Positions 28,811 through 42,452 of a DNA stretch of 64,000 bases are shown one piece after another. The stretch is from the NCBI RefSeq assembly GCF_009914755.1, contig NC_060931.1, one strand, 5' to 3'. The position numbers were made by a program, and so were the translations under genes. The notes under the pieces are model-generated. The model ran no database searches, had not been told where the DNA came from, and saw only the letters and a list, made by a program, of their open reading frames with translations. The stretch comes from the human T2T-CHM13v2.0 reference genome, Homo sapiens. Every line of letters begins with the position of its first letter. Position 1 is the stretch's first letter.

Positions 28811-30162
28811 GATCCTTCGAAACTTTTAACTCACTCACAGAAATAAAAAGTGTTCAGGTATAAATTATGCTATGGCTACAAGCTCCTTAATACCCATGCC
28901 AACTTCACCCATTGCAATATCCTAACGTGAAGTAAAGAGTTGCAGCAAACGGCTCTGTTGTTACATAGTAATATATATTCTTCTATATTATTATAGGTTT
29001 GTTTATTAGATCTCAGAGTGCTTAATTCTGTTTCTTAGGGTAAACAAGAAATTATGGCATCAAATTGCCTAGGAACAAACATAAAAGCAGTGCCGTTACC
29101 CTGGAGAATGGTGTAGAAAGGGCAGAGGGCTTCAGCTTAAAAGCAGATTGTTGCAATGTCTGAGCCAGCTGATTCACTGCTCTTCAAGTCACAGTCCCTC
29201 TCCATATTCATTCTATTTCACTACTCAGCAGGAACTCAGCCAAAGTATTACTGAATTTCCCACTTCTCAGCATGAAGAAACATTTACCATTTGCTGGGAT
29301 TCTGATTGTCAGAACAAAACCTCTCCTTGCCACTGGAGTCACTGCAAATAGAGTTGAACCTGCTGATATAGGTAGACTCCCCACTGAGTTTGTGGAAATA
29401 CTTATATGGCTGCTGTCACCCTCACTCAAAATGTGGGATAAAGGAAAATTTCGTACATTGCTGTTTTGTATGCATTCATTGCCTTTCCCCTCTGCAATGG
29501 ATTGTGATTTGGTGACAGAGCAAAACACCAGAGCCAGGCATGAGGGCACCATCTTGAATTTAATGTGGACCATTCTTCTGGGGTCCTGGTATGGCCTTCT
29601 GAGGGTACCCTCATTAATTGTCTGGCTATACCTAAACTATTGGAAGGGGTCCGACCCTCCTCCTTTCAACGACTGGGCACTTCCCACAGCTGAATCCAAC
29701 CAGTCGTACAATCCCCGACCACTAGTAGAGAAGAACCAAACCTGGATCCCCACCCCTGCCACAAATAAATGGTTGATTATCAGCAAGTTGGACACTTCTT
29801 CCCCTTGGGGATACTTTAAAAAAGTCTGGCCTCATCTCTTAGAACAATTTGCTTGGAGAAAATGATCTAATTAGTTAATGAAGATTGTGACAAAGGCACA
29901 TATCTCAGCACAGTACCTGAACTTGGGAAAATTATCTATATTACTTTTAAACATGCTTAGAAAAACAAAAGTTCAAGCCAAAAATTGATACATCACCATC
30001 CTTTATTTTATAATTATGCTCCATGTTTGATTTTCATAAAAGCAATGCTCTTTTAGGAGTTTTAACTCTCAATTGTTTAATTATTTTTCATAAATATAAC
30101 GATTTCTCCCAAAGGTATCTATGATTTTCTCCCCTTTCACTGCCACAACCAGCCTATCTTTT

Positions 30163-30221
30163 GTTCTCTCTCTCTCTCTCTGCCTCTCTCTCTCCATTCT
30201 CTCTTTCTCTCTCTCTCTCTC
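30163..30221. repeat. (CT)n imperfect microsatellite
   Basis: Directly visible. Confidence 0.9.
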
Positions 30222-30349
30222 ATCATTTTTCTTCGTGGCTACTTTTTTGTTTTGGTATGGGGAACAGTTGTACAGAATTATTTTTCTCCAGGAAACAGGT
30301 TCACATTTATTCATATATCAAATACAGCTATTAGGATTATTTATATTAG

Positions 30350-30608
30350 TCTAATGGAAACCAAAGTGCCCTTCAACAAAGCTGTGTAATAGGTGTGGTT
30401 GTGGGGAGAGGGTTTCCTCAATCAAATTTAACTGAGTTAAACTAGTATCTTCACACCAGGACTTACCAGCACCTTAAATAATGCTAACATCTATTAAGAA
30501 TCCCTGAGAACAGCCAATAGCATGTAGTTTCTCTCAATTTTATTTGGCTAAATAGCTCCTTTTTATCAAGGACATCTTATAGAGTGAAAACGCCTTCAGA
30601 AAAATGGA
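30350..30608. mobile_element. MER103C-like hAT element
   Basis: taataggtgt...gagttaaac...caggactta...taatgctaa...gaatccc...tttatttgg. Confidence 0.6.
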
Positions 30609-31062
30609 ATTAATTTCTTATCATATGGTATCACACTATATCAAGTCATTAACCCAGTATACCCTGTTGTTTTCCACTAAGTGAGAGCAATCAAGAGAGA
30701 ACAGTCGCTAGTCCTCATCCACGCTTGGGTCTGGCCTCATTCCCTTGAGTTCAATATGATTTCCCATAGCACTGGCCTTGGTCCTTTCAATCCACTGTGA
30801 CTTCAGTGTGACCTTTGGAACCCCACACTGCAGTGCAGCAGTATCTTCAGGTGGAGGTTTTCTGAACCTCTTCAGGTGAGCATCACCTCAAATGGCAATA
30901 ATTTGGTCTACTTGGAGCTTTTGAGTAAATTCTAATATTGGTAGCCTTAGTTTTAAACAAAAATAAGTGTTGGATATCTGTTTTTTCTCTTTCAAACATA
31001 ATGCTATGATATGACATTTGGAAAAAGCACTTTCTCCTATAGACACTTTCTATCTGCAATGT

Positions 31063-31099
<37 letters not shown>
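31063..31099. repeat. (CA)~17 microsatellite
   Basis: Directly visible. Confidence 0.97.
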
Positions 31100-31366
31100 A
31101 AACCACATATACTAAACTAACGAAATTAAAATAATCATTTATTGCCACTTAAATGTTATTTTACATGAAGGAAAAAACTCTACTATACATTCTATTTCTA
31201 AAATCAGTATCTGTTTGTGGTAGAAAGCCCTTATCAAAATGCACAAAAACCATCCAGGAGTTTTGAACTGCAAGGGACTGGAATGTTAACGTGAGCCCCA
31301 CTGAGGATGGGACAATATGAGATTTGATCCTGTGATTTTCATTTCAGGAACCGCTGTGGTAAAATC

Positions 31367-31580
31367 ATTGTAATAGCTGATACTATGTACTGGGCACAAT
31401 GATAAGAATTTAACTTTGAATCTTTACTACAATCCTACGAGGCAAGTACTATTATCACTCCCTCTTTGGGTGAGGAAACTGAGGCTTAGAGAGCTAAAGT
31501 AACTGGCCAAAATCACACAGTTAGCACAAAGGAGTCTTGATTCTGGATTCACACACATGCAATCTGAATTCACACCCTTC
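31367..31580 (-). mobile_element. MIR (MIRb-like)
   Basis: acaatcctacgagg...tgaggaaactgaggcttagagag...aatcacacagttag. Confidence 0.85.
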
Positions 31581-31989
31581 CTCCTATCCTCCCATATCTA
31601 AAATAATCTTGTACCAAAATGCAGAGTAAGTTATAATAACTACCAATAATAAAAGAGTCAAGTCAAAATTGTATCTCATTTATATTATTAACATTTAGGT
31701 ATGTACCTGAGTCATATACTGGATTATTGAATACCCTTGAATAATCAATAATTTTGAAGCAATAATCTTGCTTCCCTGTAAACAAAAGTAAGTCATCCCC
31801 TAACCCCACTTTAAAATAGTTTGTGGCAATGGCTCAGGAAGTAACTACATTAAGGTCCTGACTTAAAGAGTTCTCTTAAATAACTGCTTTCATCTTTTCC
31901 CTCCCTTCTGCCAGACTGGAATATTAACAAGTATTCCAAAACTCTAGGCCAGTGGAGTCTAGCCAGGCAAGCTCCAGGACTCTTTAACT

Positions 31990-32162
31990 TGGCGGTTCTC
32001 AATCCTGGCTGCATATGGGAACCACATAGCTTTTAAAACTCTTAGTGCTCAATTTGTACCCCAGATCACTTAAAGCAGAATCTATGAGGGTAGGACTAAG
32101 CCTTCAGGAATTGTTTAAGCTCTTCAGATAATTTTACTGTACTGGAGTTTCAAAACTACTGT
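31990..32162. mobile_element. MER5A
   Basis: ggttctcaatcctggctgcat...cagaatct...taagctcttcagataatt...aaactactg. Confidence 0.75.
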
Positions 32163-32239
32163 CTTCATCTCTCCAATCCTCTCATTCTTCATCTTCCGTG
32201 AGCTATTTGCAACTCCTCACCATCCTTGGAAGCTGGCCA

Positions 32240-32412
32240 GATTCAGTTCTGGCACTGTCCCCATAGGACTTGGACACTTTATTTCAGTTTTCCATTTAAA
32301 AAAATGGAAATAATAACACTCACTTCACAGGGCAATGGTAAGAATAAAAATATATCATACATGTGAAAACAGCCAGCACAGTGCTGACACATAGTAGGTG
32401 CTCATTCAGTAT
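32240..32412 (+). mobile_element. MIR
   Basis: aaaatggaaataataac...acatgtgaaa...gcacagtgctgacacatagtaggtgctca. Confidence 0.8.
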
Positions 32413-32578
32413 CAATTTCCATCCCTTTCCTCAGATGAAGACATTTAGGAACTATCTAGAAGATTTGCAAGTGCCGGGAAAATTTAGTAGCAGCATGCTT
32501 TCCCAACTAGGGAATTTATTTGCCTCTCTAAGACACAAAAGCCTTATAGTGAGGCCACATTAATAAGAGCCTTTCCTT

Positions 32579-32681
32579 TTGTAGAAATACAATTTAGCAA
32601 CTTTAACCCAACCAAAAAATTACTTTCGTGCCATGTGCGTTAGATGTAGTGTCGTCTAAGGTGATAATCTATTCTTAAACT
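32579..32681 (+). repeat. Local dispersed duplication, copy A
   Basis: Matches 33649-33757. Confidence 0.93.
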
Positions 32682-32734
32682 CTTCAAGGTATATTTCATA
32701 TTAAAAACTAGAATGATTAAGCCCATTATCTACA

Positions 32735-33029
32735 TTTTTTATTTTTTTGAGATGGAGTCTCGCTCTGTCACCCAGCCTGGAGTGCAGTGGCGCCATCCCG
32801 GGTCACTGCAAACTCCACCTCCTGGGTTCAAGTGATCTCCCACCTCAGCCTCCTGAGTAGCTGGGATTACAGAAGCATCCCACCATGCCTAGATAATTTT
32901 TGTATTTTTAGTAGAAATGGGGTTTCACCATGGTGGCCAGAGTGGTCTCGAACTCCTGACCTCAAGTGATCTGCCCATCTCGGCCTCCCAAAGTGCTGGG
33001 ATTACAGGTGTGAGCCACCAAGCCTGTCC
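32735..33029 (-). mobile_element. AluS (Sx/Sz-like)
   Basis: TSD ccatta(t/c)ctacattttt. Confidence 0.94.
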
Positions 33030-33341
33030 CCATTACCTACATTTTTAAAGACCCAGATTCTCCAAGGACTTTACCTCAAGAAAGTGAGAATGCTGAATTC
33101 TCTATGGCTTCCATTTTTTCATCACACAGAGCAAAGAATGCAGGGGACAGGAAGCTTGCAGTCTGAGAAGCTATTTAGAAGGAGCTGAGTTGATCCTGTC
33201 TGAACCAAACGGCCACTAGTATGGTATGGAAAGATGACCCAACCAGCATTTCCAGATCCCTAGAGGGATATGCATCCATAGAAAACAGATAAACCATGTA
33301 GTTTTGCTACCTTCCATGCAACCTGAAGTTGTTTTCTCCCA

Positions 33342-33521
33342 CTGGTGGTTCTCAATCCCGGGTGCACATCAGATTGCTTGGGGAGCTTTGAAAAGTACTG
33401 ATGCCCAAGCCTTACCCCCAGGAGTCTCTGAAGTAATTGATCACCCTGGAGTGGAGCCCAAACATCAGTATGTTTGTAATGCCCAGTTATCCTAATGTGT
33501 GACCAGGCTTGAAAACCACTG
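33342..33521. mobile_element. MER5A
   Basis: gtggttctcaatcccgggtgcacatcag...ggagctttgaaaagtactgatgccc...ttgaaaaccactg. Confidence 0.82.
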
Positions 33522-33648
33522 GCTTTGGGACTGAGTCTGTTTTGAGAGCAACTTGGTTTATACTTAGCTTTAGAAGGATAATGGGGCGGCCAACCTGCTC
33601 CCTGTTCCTGTTGTCTGGGAATGCCCAACCCTCAGCCATGTGCTAAGA

Positions 33649-33757
33649 TTGTAGAAACACAATTTAGCAAACTTAACCCATGGTATGAGAGAAAATTACT
33701 CTCTTACCATGGGCATTAGATGTAGTGTTGTCTAAGGTGATAATCTATTCTTAAACT
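33649..33757 (+). repeat. Local dispersed duplication, copy B (hairpin-remodelled)
   Basis: Matches 32579-32681. Confidence 0.93.
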
Positions 33758-33849
33758 AAGAATAGATCTAAGACAGGATCTTAGTGCTAAGGTCTGTGAC
33801 AGGAAAATGAGCCCATGGAGAGGCTTTTGGGACAGGTGGGTGGTCTTAT

Positions 33850-34100
33850 GAAAAAAACCATGGGCTTGGGGCACATCACAGAGCTAAGCTATTACTAGCT
33901 GTGAAATCCTAAGTAAATAATCTGTTCTAGCACTCAGGGTTTGGTTTTCTTTCTTCCTTTTTTAAAATGAGAATAGTAACTGCCTTCCATGGTTGTGGTG
34001 AGGATTTTAAAGGAAATATAAATGGGAATATGCATATGCAGTACCCATGTGCCATTGCACAGTACACAATGCCCAGAATGTTGTAGGTATTTGATATACA
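33850..34100 (+). mobile_element. MIR
   Basis: ttactagctgtga...taaaatgagaatagtaac...ggttgtggtgaggatt. Confidence 0.7.
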
Positions 34101-34541
34101 GCCATCATTGTTACACAGCACAGGAAGACAAAAGGTCATCATTGCTGCCTCGTGATAGCGCCCTCCCTGGTGGATCTTCTTATTACAATATAGAAAAGTC
34201 ACATAATTCCCCACAGGATGGGTTTTATTACATGAAAGATCTCACCACACAATGAAGAGATTAACTTAATGAATTTATTTGTGAATATTTGGCAGAGAAT
34301 ACACCACTTTGATTCACAAAAGACCAGTTATTTAAAATCTGCATTTGTGAAAATATATATATTATGTATATATTATATATATTTTTATATATATATTTTA
34401 TATACATATATTTCTATTCTGCTACCTGAGGAAGCCACTTTGCTGAAACTATGTGCCATTTTCAGCAAAGGAAAAATGGCTAGCCCACATTCTAAACCAT
34501 TTAGGCAATGCAAAAATATGGTGGTTCATTCACTCACTTTG

Positions 34542-34834
34542 GTTTTGTTTTTGTTTTTAAGACGGAGTCTTGATCTGTTGCCCAAGCTGGAGTGCAGTGG
34601 CACAATCTCGGCTCACTGCAACCTCTCAGGTTTAAGTGATTCTCCTGCCTCAGACTCTGTAGTAGCCGGGATTACAGGTATGCAACATCACACCCAGATA
34701 ATTTTTTGTATTTTTAGTAGAGATGGGGTTTCACCAGGTTGGCCAGGATGGTCTCAAACTCCTGACCGCGGTGATCCAAACACCTCAGCCTCACAAAGTA
34801 CTGGGATTACAGACATGAGCCACCCTGCCCAGCC
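34542..34834 (-). mobile_element. AluS
   Basis: Antisense dimer; TSD cattca(c/a)tcactttg. Confidence 0.93.
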
Positions 34835-35124
34835 CATTCAATCACTTTGAGTAACACCTAACCCCAAGTACAAAGAGTGCTGGAAATCCCAGTGGGAAGC
34901 ATGCCTTAGATAACCAACCAAGACGGAAGGAGTTCCAGTCCCTGAATTTTAATCTTGAAATCATTAGAAAACTGTCAAGGACACTTCTCATTCTTAAGAC
35001 ACGTTGCGTTTATTATGCCGAGTCATGGTAATTATTTGAGTCACTCATTGGAAGCCATTCCTGAGCCAGTGATTCCCTGGATTTTTTGGAGCTTCTTTGT
35101 GCCTTATTCCATAAATAACTCAAT

Positions 35125-35225
35125 CCTGCCTATCAGCTTCCTGAGGATAGGTATGCAGTATATGCATCCCCAGAACTTAATCACAGTATTAACTGGTGGT
35201 GAGAAATATTTAATGAGTGAATAAA
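35125..35225 (+). mobile_element. L2 3' end
   Basis: agcttcctgaggatagg...tgcatccccagaactta..cacagt...aaatattt.atgagtgaat. Confidence 0.55.
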
Positions 35226-36289
35226 CTACTCTACTTCACATTCAGTAACCTTCATAAATCTTCCATTTACTAAAGAATAAATGAATCACTTTGAATATAC
35301 ACAAGCTGGAAATGATGATTGGGATCTACAGATCCGAATATTTCTCTCTTTCTTCAGCGGTGTCTTGATATTTAGATTTTGCTGCCCATGTTTGCTTGAG
35401 AAGAATGTCAACAAGTTCCTTTCCTCTCAAGCTTTCAAGTTTGAGTCCTTGTTTTACACAAATGCTAAAATCTTAGCTCATTTCTACTGGTCTCATGATA
35501 ATATGGGGAGGCACTGAGACATATTTTTTGAGCCTTCTTTCCCTGAACAAATAGGTGAAAGGGGAGGAGCAATTTAAATGAGGCTGGAAAAATCGGCTCT
35601 TTTTCAAACGATGGCTTCCTATCAAATGCCCTGTGACTTCATGATTTAATGCTAAGGATATAAAAATAGACTAAAAATGAACTCCCTCAAGGTGATGATC
35701 ATCTTTAATTTTCTCATTTATAATGTGGTTATAAATTTTCTCATCATTAATGTGTTTCTTCGTTTTCATTTTGTTTGTCTTGGCATGATTCTAGTTGTTT
35801 CAATGGAGAATCATATTTTGGAGATAACGCAAGCTAAGTCTTTTGCTGTATTTTTCTTAACAACGTGTGCATTTTCCCACTTGTGCATGAGAAGATGGGA
35901 AATGTAAGGCTATTCAGAAGCTCCTATGTCCTTTGTTCACACTAACAGTGGCCAATTTCAGAAGAAGCCTATAAAGATACATTTCTTCAAGGTGATAGAG
36001 CTCCTGCATAACAAAGCTGGATCAAGTGGGATAGGCTTCGATCCAGTCCACAGTAAGTGACAACTGCCATCCTTCAATCAACTCAGGTAAAAGACAGTTG
36101 CAGAGAGAACACTTACCAGAGTCTTCACTTAAAAGATAGTGCAGGATCCCTCCCACACCCCAACAATGTGCTTGATATTGGTACATGGAGCTTGATCTCA
36201 CTCCCAGGCAGAATACAAGTGTGAAAGAAAAGTGGTTACAGTGAGGACTATTTAGAATCAATCTTTAACCATTGGCAATGACCTTCAGA

Positions 36290-36478
36290 GAAAAGAGCAC
36301 AGGCCTGCCCCCTGCTAACTTTGGGTAAGCTATTCATCTCTTTGTGCCTTAGTTTCCTAATCTGTGAAATAGAAATAATAGTACCTCCCTTAGAGGGTTA
36401 TTGTGAGGATTCAATGACATAATACATGTTAAGGACCTAATGTTGTCCTGATATTTGTAGATATGCAATAAATGTTAA
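36290..36478 (+). mobile_element. MIR
   Basis: tgtgccttagtttcctaatctgtgaaat...aataatagtacct...gggttattgtgaggatt. Confidence 0.88.
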
Positions 36479-36492
36479 AATATCTGTGGTTG

Positions 36493-37265
<773 letters not shown>

Positions 37266-37389
37266 AGGTTTTCAAATAACTAGCTTTATATTTTGCATAG
37301 AATTTCTTTTACTATGCATTAGCAAACCTAATGTATGGCAAAAGTTTTTTTATGAAAAAACTTTTAATGAAAGTCTGTCTGTGGGTGCC

Positions 37390-37620
37390 ATCTCTTAAAA
37401 ACAAGATAGACCTGGATTTTTTCTTTCTTCTCTAATCAAATAATCTCTATATTTTAAAAGCAAGTTGAAGCCACTTGCAATTATTGTTATTCCTGATATT
37501 TTTGGACTTATTTCTACTGTTTAATTTTGTTTTGTGTTTATCATTCTTTATTCTTTGCTTCTCTGTCTTCCTTCAGCCTTCTATTAAGTTGATACATTCT
37601 CTTCGTTTATTGTTGTTCAT
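37390..37620 (-). mobile_element. Old L1M fragment
   Basis: ttattcctgatatttttggacttatttcta...ttttgt. Confidence 0.55.
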
Positions 37621-37640
37621 TTGTTGATTTAGGTGCCTGC

Positions 37641-38027
37641 TGATATGGTTTGGATCTGTGTCTCATCCCACATCTCATGTCCAGTTGTAAACTCCAATGT
37701 TGGAGGTAGGGCCTGGTGGGAGGTGATTTGATCATGGGGGTAGATTTCCCCCTGGTACTGTTCTCATGATACTGAGTGATTCCTCATGAGATCTGGTCAT
37801 TTAAAAGTGTGCGGCACCTCCTCCTGTTTCCTGCTGCTCTGGCAATATGAAGTGCTGGCTCCCCCTTCACCTTCTGCCATGACTCTAAGTTTCCTGAGGC
37901 CTCCCCAGAAGAAGCCACTATGCTTCCTGTACAGCCTGAAGAACTGTGGGCCAATTAAACCTCTTTTCTTTATAAATTACTCAGTCTCAGGTAGTTCTTT
38001 ATAGCAATGCAAGAAAAGACTAATACA
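37641..38027 (+). mobile_element. MST (MSTA/B, MaLR) solo LTR
   Basis: tgatatggtttggatctgtgtc...ccaattaaacctcttttctttataaattac...actaataca. Confidence 0.92.
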
Positions 38028-38029
38028 CT

Positions 38030-38889
38030 TGGCTTAGTCAGCTTGGGCTGCTATAACAAAGTACTGTGACTGAGTGGGTTACAAACAACAGAAATTTATT
38101 TCTTGCAGTTCTAGAGGCTGGAAGTCCAAGATGAGGTTTCCAGCACAGTTGGCTTCCAGGGAGGGCCCTCTTCCTCTTCCAGGTTGCAGACTGCTGACTT
38201 CTTGTTGTGCCCTCTTATGGTAAAAACAGACCAAGCTAGCTCTCTGGGGTCTCTTTCATAAGGTCGTTAATCCCATTTGTGAGGGCTCCATCCTCATGAC
38301 CTGATTACCTCCCAAAGGCTCCACCTCCAAACATCATCACATTGTGTGGGGGTTCAGTCAGGATGGTGGGAAAAATTGTAAAATAAACCTTCTTGAAAGG
38401 CCAGAAGGTTTTAGCAAAAGCCTCAGGATAGAGTTATGGCTGAAGGCAGCCTAATCCTCTTTGAGCTATAGCAAGGGTAATTAACATTGGAATGTAGAGG
38501 AGTCTATCTAAATAGCTTGTTTAATCATGTGGTCCTAAGACTAACCTTTGCCATCAGCAGGTGCATGACTGCTTTCTACTTGGGGGGTTGGCAATGGTAA
38601 TTACCTTCTAGTGGTGTTTACTTGAGACTTTTGTCATTTAATGTGTGCTGAATAAATGCTAAGAAGGCCAGTGAGTCGGGCCAGGCTGCGGTTGCCACTG
38701 TTTACAGCACTCTCCTTGGGGTCTGTAAGCGGCCCAGACTCTCAGCTGGACTGACAAGCATAATATCTGTGTCAGTGTATGTTATTCATCTGTTGTTGGA
38801 TCAAGGTCTGTGGGACGGACCCCTGCAACATTGGGGATTGGATTTTAACATATGAATTTGGTGGGAACACAAATATTCAGTGAATAACA
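38030..38889 (-). mobile_element. MLT1A0-like MaLR LTR, split by LTR22
   Basis: ttagtcagcttgggctgctataacaaa...ggctggaagtccaagat...catcacattg | ggg...aacatatgaatttgg...acacaaatattcag. Confidence 0.88.
38345..38827 (+). mobile_element. LTR22 (HERV-K HML-5) solo LTR
   Basis: tgtgggggttcagtcaggatggtggg...ggtctgtgggacggacccctgca; perfect 6-bp TSD acattg (38339-38344, 38828-38833). Confidence 0.88.
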
Positions 38890-39193
38890 ATGCTATTATG
38901 TTTCCATTATTTTACTGATGATCCTTTGTGTTAAAAAGTTACAAAAATTACGTAGTTCTGACCAAAGACAAGATAGATCTTAGCACTCCTTAGGTCCATA
39001 TTGAAACATCCCGCCTTCCATCTATAGCTTCTCTTTCCTATTTTAACACAAAAGTCGGATGTTATTTTATGGTCACTAGTCACTCAAATTTACCAACATG
39101 TTTTAATTACTGATGTGCTCACCCCTAATTCCTGTGTCTCATACATTCCTTGTGGGTTCACTTTTCTTCTTGTTGACATACTTCCCTTAACAC

Positions 39194-39486
39194 TTTTTTT
39201 TTTGAATGGAGTGGCCCAGGCTGTGGCCCAGGCTGGAGTTCAATGGTACAATCTCAGCTCACTCCAACCTCCGCCTCCCAGGTTCAAGCAATTCTCCTGC
39301 CTCAACTTCCTGAGTAGCCGGGACCACAGGCACGTGCCACCACGCCTGGCTAATTTTTGTATTTTTAGTAGAGATGGGGTTTTGTCACGTTGGCTAGGCT
39401 GGTCTTGAACTCCTGACCTCAGGTGATCTGCCCACCTCAGCCTCCCAAAGTGCTGAGATTATAGGTGTGAGCCATCGTGCCTGGCC
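39194..39486 (-). mobile_element. AluS (Sx-like)
   Basis: TSD ttaacactttttt; internal 12-bp tandem duplication gtggcccaggct. Confidence 0.94.
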
Positions 39487-39489
39487 TTA

Positions 39490-39975
39490 ACACTTTTTTT
39501 AATGAAAGTCTGTCTGTGGGTGGTAAATTATCATTGTATACCTGAAAATGTTTTAATGTGCCTTCACTCATAAGCAATAATTTAGCTATTTTAACTATTA
39601 CATATTGCTCTATTTTCCCTTAGCATATGGAAGATATTTTCTTCATTGTCTTCTGGCTTCTACTGTTACCAATGCAAATTTTGCTGTCAGTTGATTACTT
39701 GCAACTTCCCTGCACATAATCAGCTTCTCATAGCATTTAAGGTTTCCTCACCCTTGATGTAGCTTTAGGCAATGTCATTCAATGTCTTTAGGTATGAATT
39801 TGTTTTTGTTTAGTTATGGCACTGGAGATGTACTTTCCATCTAAGAATTTGAGTCTTTCTTTACTTCTGGGAAATTATTACCTCTTTGTTGAAATATTGC
39901 TTTCCCACAACTTTCTCCATATCCTACTAAAATTTCTGAGAGAAGTAGTTTATGGCAATTTGTCTATCTTCCATG
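39490..39975 (-). mobile_element. Old L1ME fragment (probably continues at ~41220-41600)
   Basis: gtgggtggtaaa...ctgaaaatg...cattgtcttctggcttc...aggtatgaatttg...cttctgggaaatt. Confidence 0.6.
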
Positions 39976-39976
39976 C

Positions 39977-41225
<1,249 letters not shown>

Positions 41226-41684
41226 TTTTTTGATATGGTTCCCTCTCCATGCTATATTTGGTGTAAAGTCTTCAGGACTATCCTCCAACATTAATTAACT
41301 TTTCCACTGTGTTCTACCTTGAACTTATACTATCAACTGATAGTTTTCTCTTTTTTAAAATTGCAATGACTATATGTTTGCTTCCTTTTTTTAAATTTCA
41401 GATTTTGAACCACTTCTTTTACATATCTCTGCTTTCTTGGGTTTGTACAATTTTTCTTCATTGTTTTTAGGATAATTTTTCCTCCATTTGGCTGTCTGAG
41501 TATCCTAAATACATTTTAAAGTGTTTGACAGCCTGCACCAAAAATCAACTTCTTCTAGAAGAAATTCATGTTCCAGTTGCCAATTTCTGTGGTACACTCT
41601 GCTACTGGCACCAATTCTTCCTCCTGTACCTGTGCCCTTTGCTTTCTAACCTGCACTTCCCTGCTTCTTGACTTTGCCTTTGGC

Positions 41685-42168
41685 CAGACCATTTTTCACA
41701 GCAGCTGTGTTATTTTATGTTCCTAGAAGCAATATACCAGGGTTCACATTTCTCCACACCCTCACCAATACCTGCTATTTTCTGTTTGTCTTTTATAGTA
41801 GCCATCCTAATGGGTGTGAAGTGGCATCTCACTGTGGCTTTGATCTGCATTTCCCTAATGACTAGCATCTTTCTATGTGCTTATTGGCCCATTTGTAGAT
41901 CTTCTCTGGAGAAATGTCTATTCCAGTCCTTTGGCCATTTTTGAATTGGGTTTTACTTTTGTTGTTGTTGCTGCTGCTGTTGAGCTGCCAGAGTTCTTTA
42001 TATCTTTCATATGTCTAGATATTAACCCCTTATCCAATATATAATTTGAAAATATTTTCTCATATTGTGAGCTGCCTTTTCACTGTATTCATGTGTCTTT
42101 TGATGTATAAAAAGTTTTTAATTTTAATGAAGTCCAATTTATCTATTGCTTCTTTTGTTGCCTGTGAC
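41685..42168 (-). mobile_element. L1MB fragment
   Basis: atagtagccatcctaatgggtgtgaagtgg...tgcatttccctaatga...ggagaaatgtctattc. Confidence 0.85.
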
Positions 42169-42200
42169 ATTTTGGCTAATTTCAAGTAGAAGATACTTGG

Positions 42201-42452
42201 TTTGGGAGGCCGAAGCAGGCAGATCACAAGGTCAGGAGATCGAGACCATCCTGGATAACATGGTGAAACCCCGTCTCTACAAAAAATTAGCTGGGCGTGG
42301 TGGTGGGTGCCTGTAGTCCCAGCTACTCAGGAGGCTGAGGCAGCAGAATGGCGTGAACCTGGGAGGCGGAGCTTGCAGTGAGCCGAGATAGCGCCACTGC
42401 ACTCCAGCCTGGGCGAAAGAGCGGGACTCCGTCTCAAAAAAAAAAAAAAAAA
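42201..42452 (+). mobile_element. 5'-truncated AluY
   Basis: Y diagnostics; 13-bp TSD agaagata(c/t)ttgg. Confidence 0.94.

Noticed and set aside
29272-29865. Longest ORF (197 aa)
   Set aside because: No recognisable domain, composition typical of random sequence, no promoter or splice context; one ORF of this length in six frames of 64 kb is not exceptional.
34155-34174. CTCF-like tagcgccctccctggtgg
   Set aside because: Has two extra bases within the core relative to the consensus; poor ungapped match.
34269-34850. 193-aa ORF
   Set aside because: Built from a TA-rich tract and an antisense Alu.
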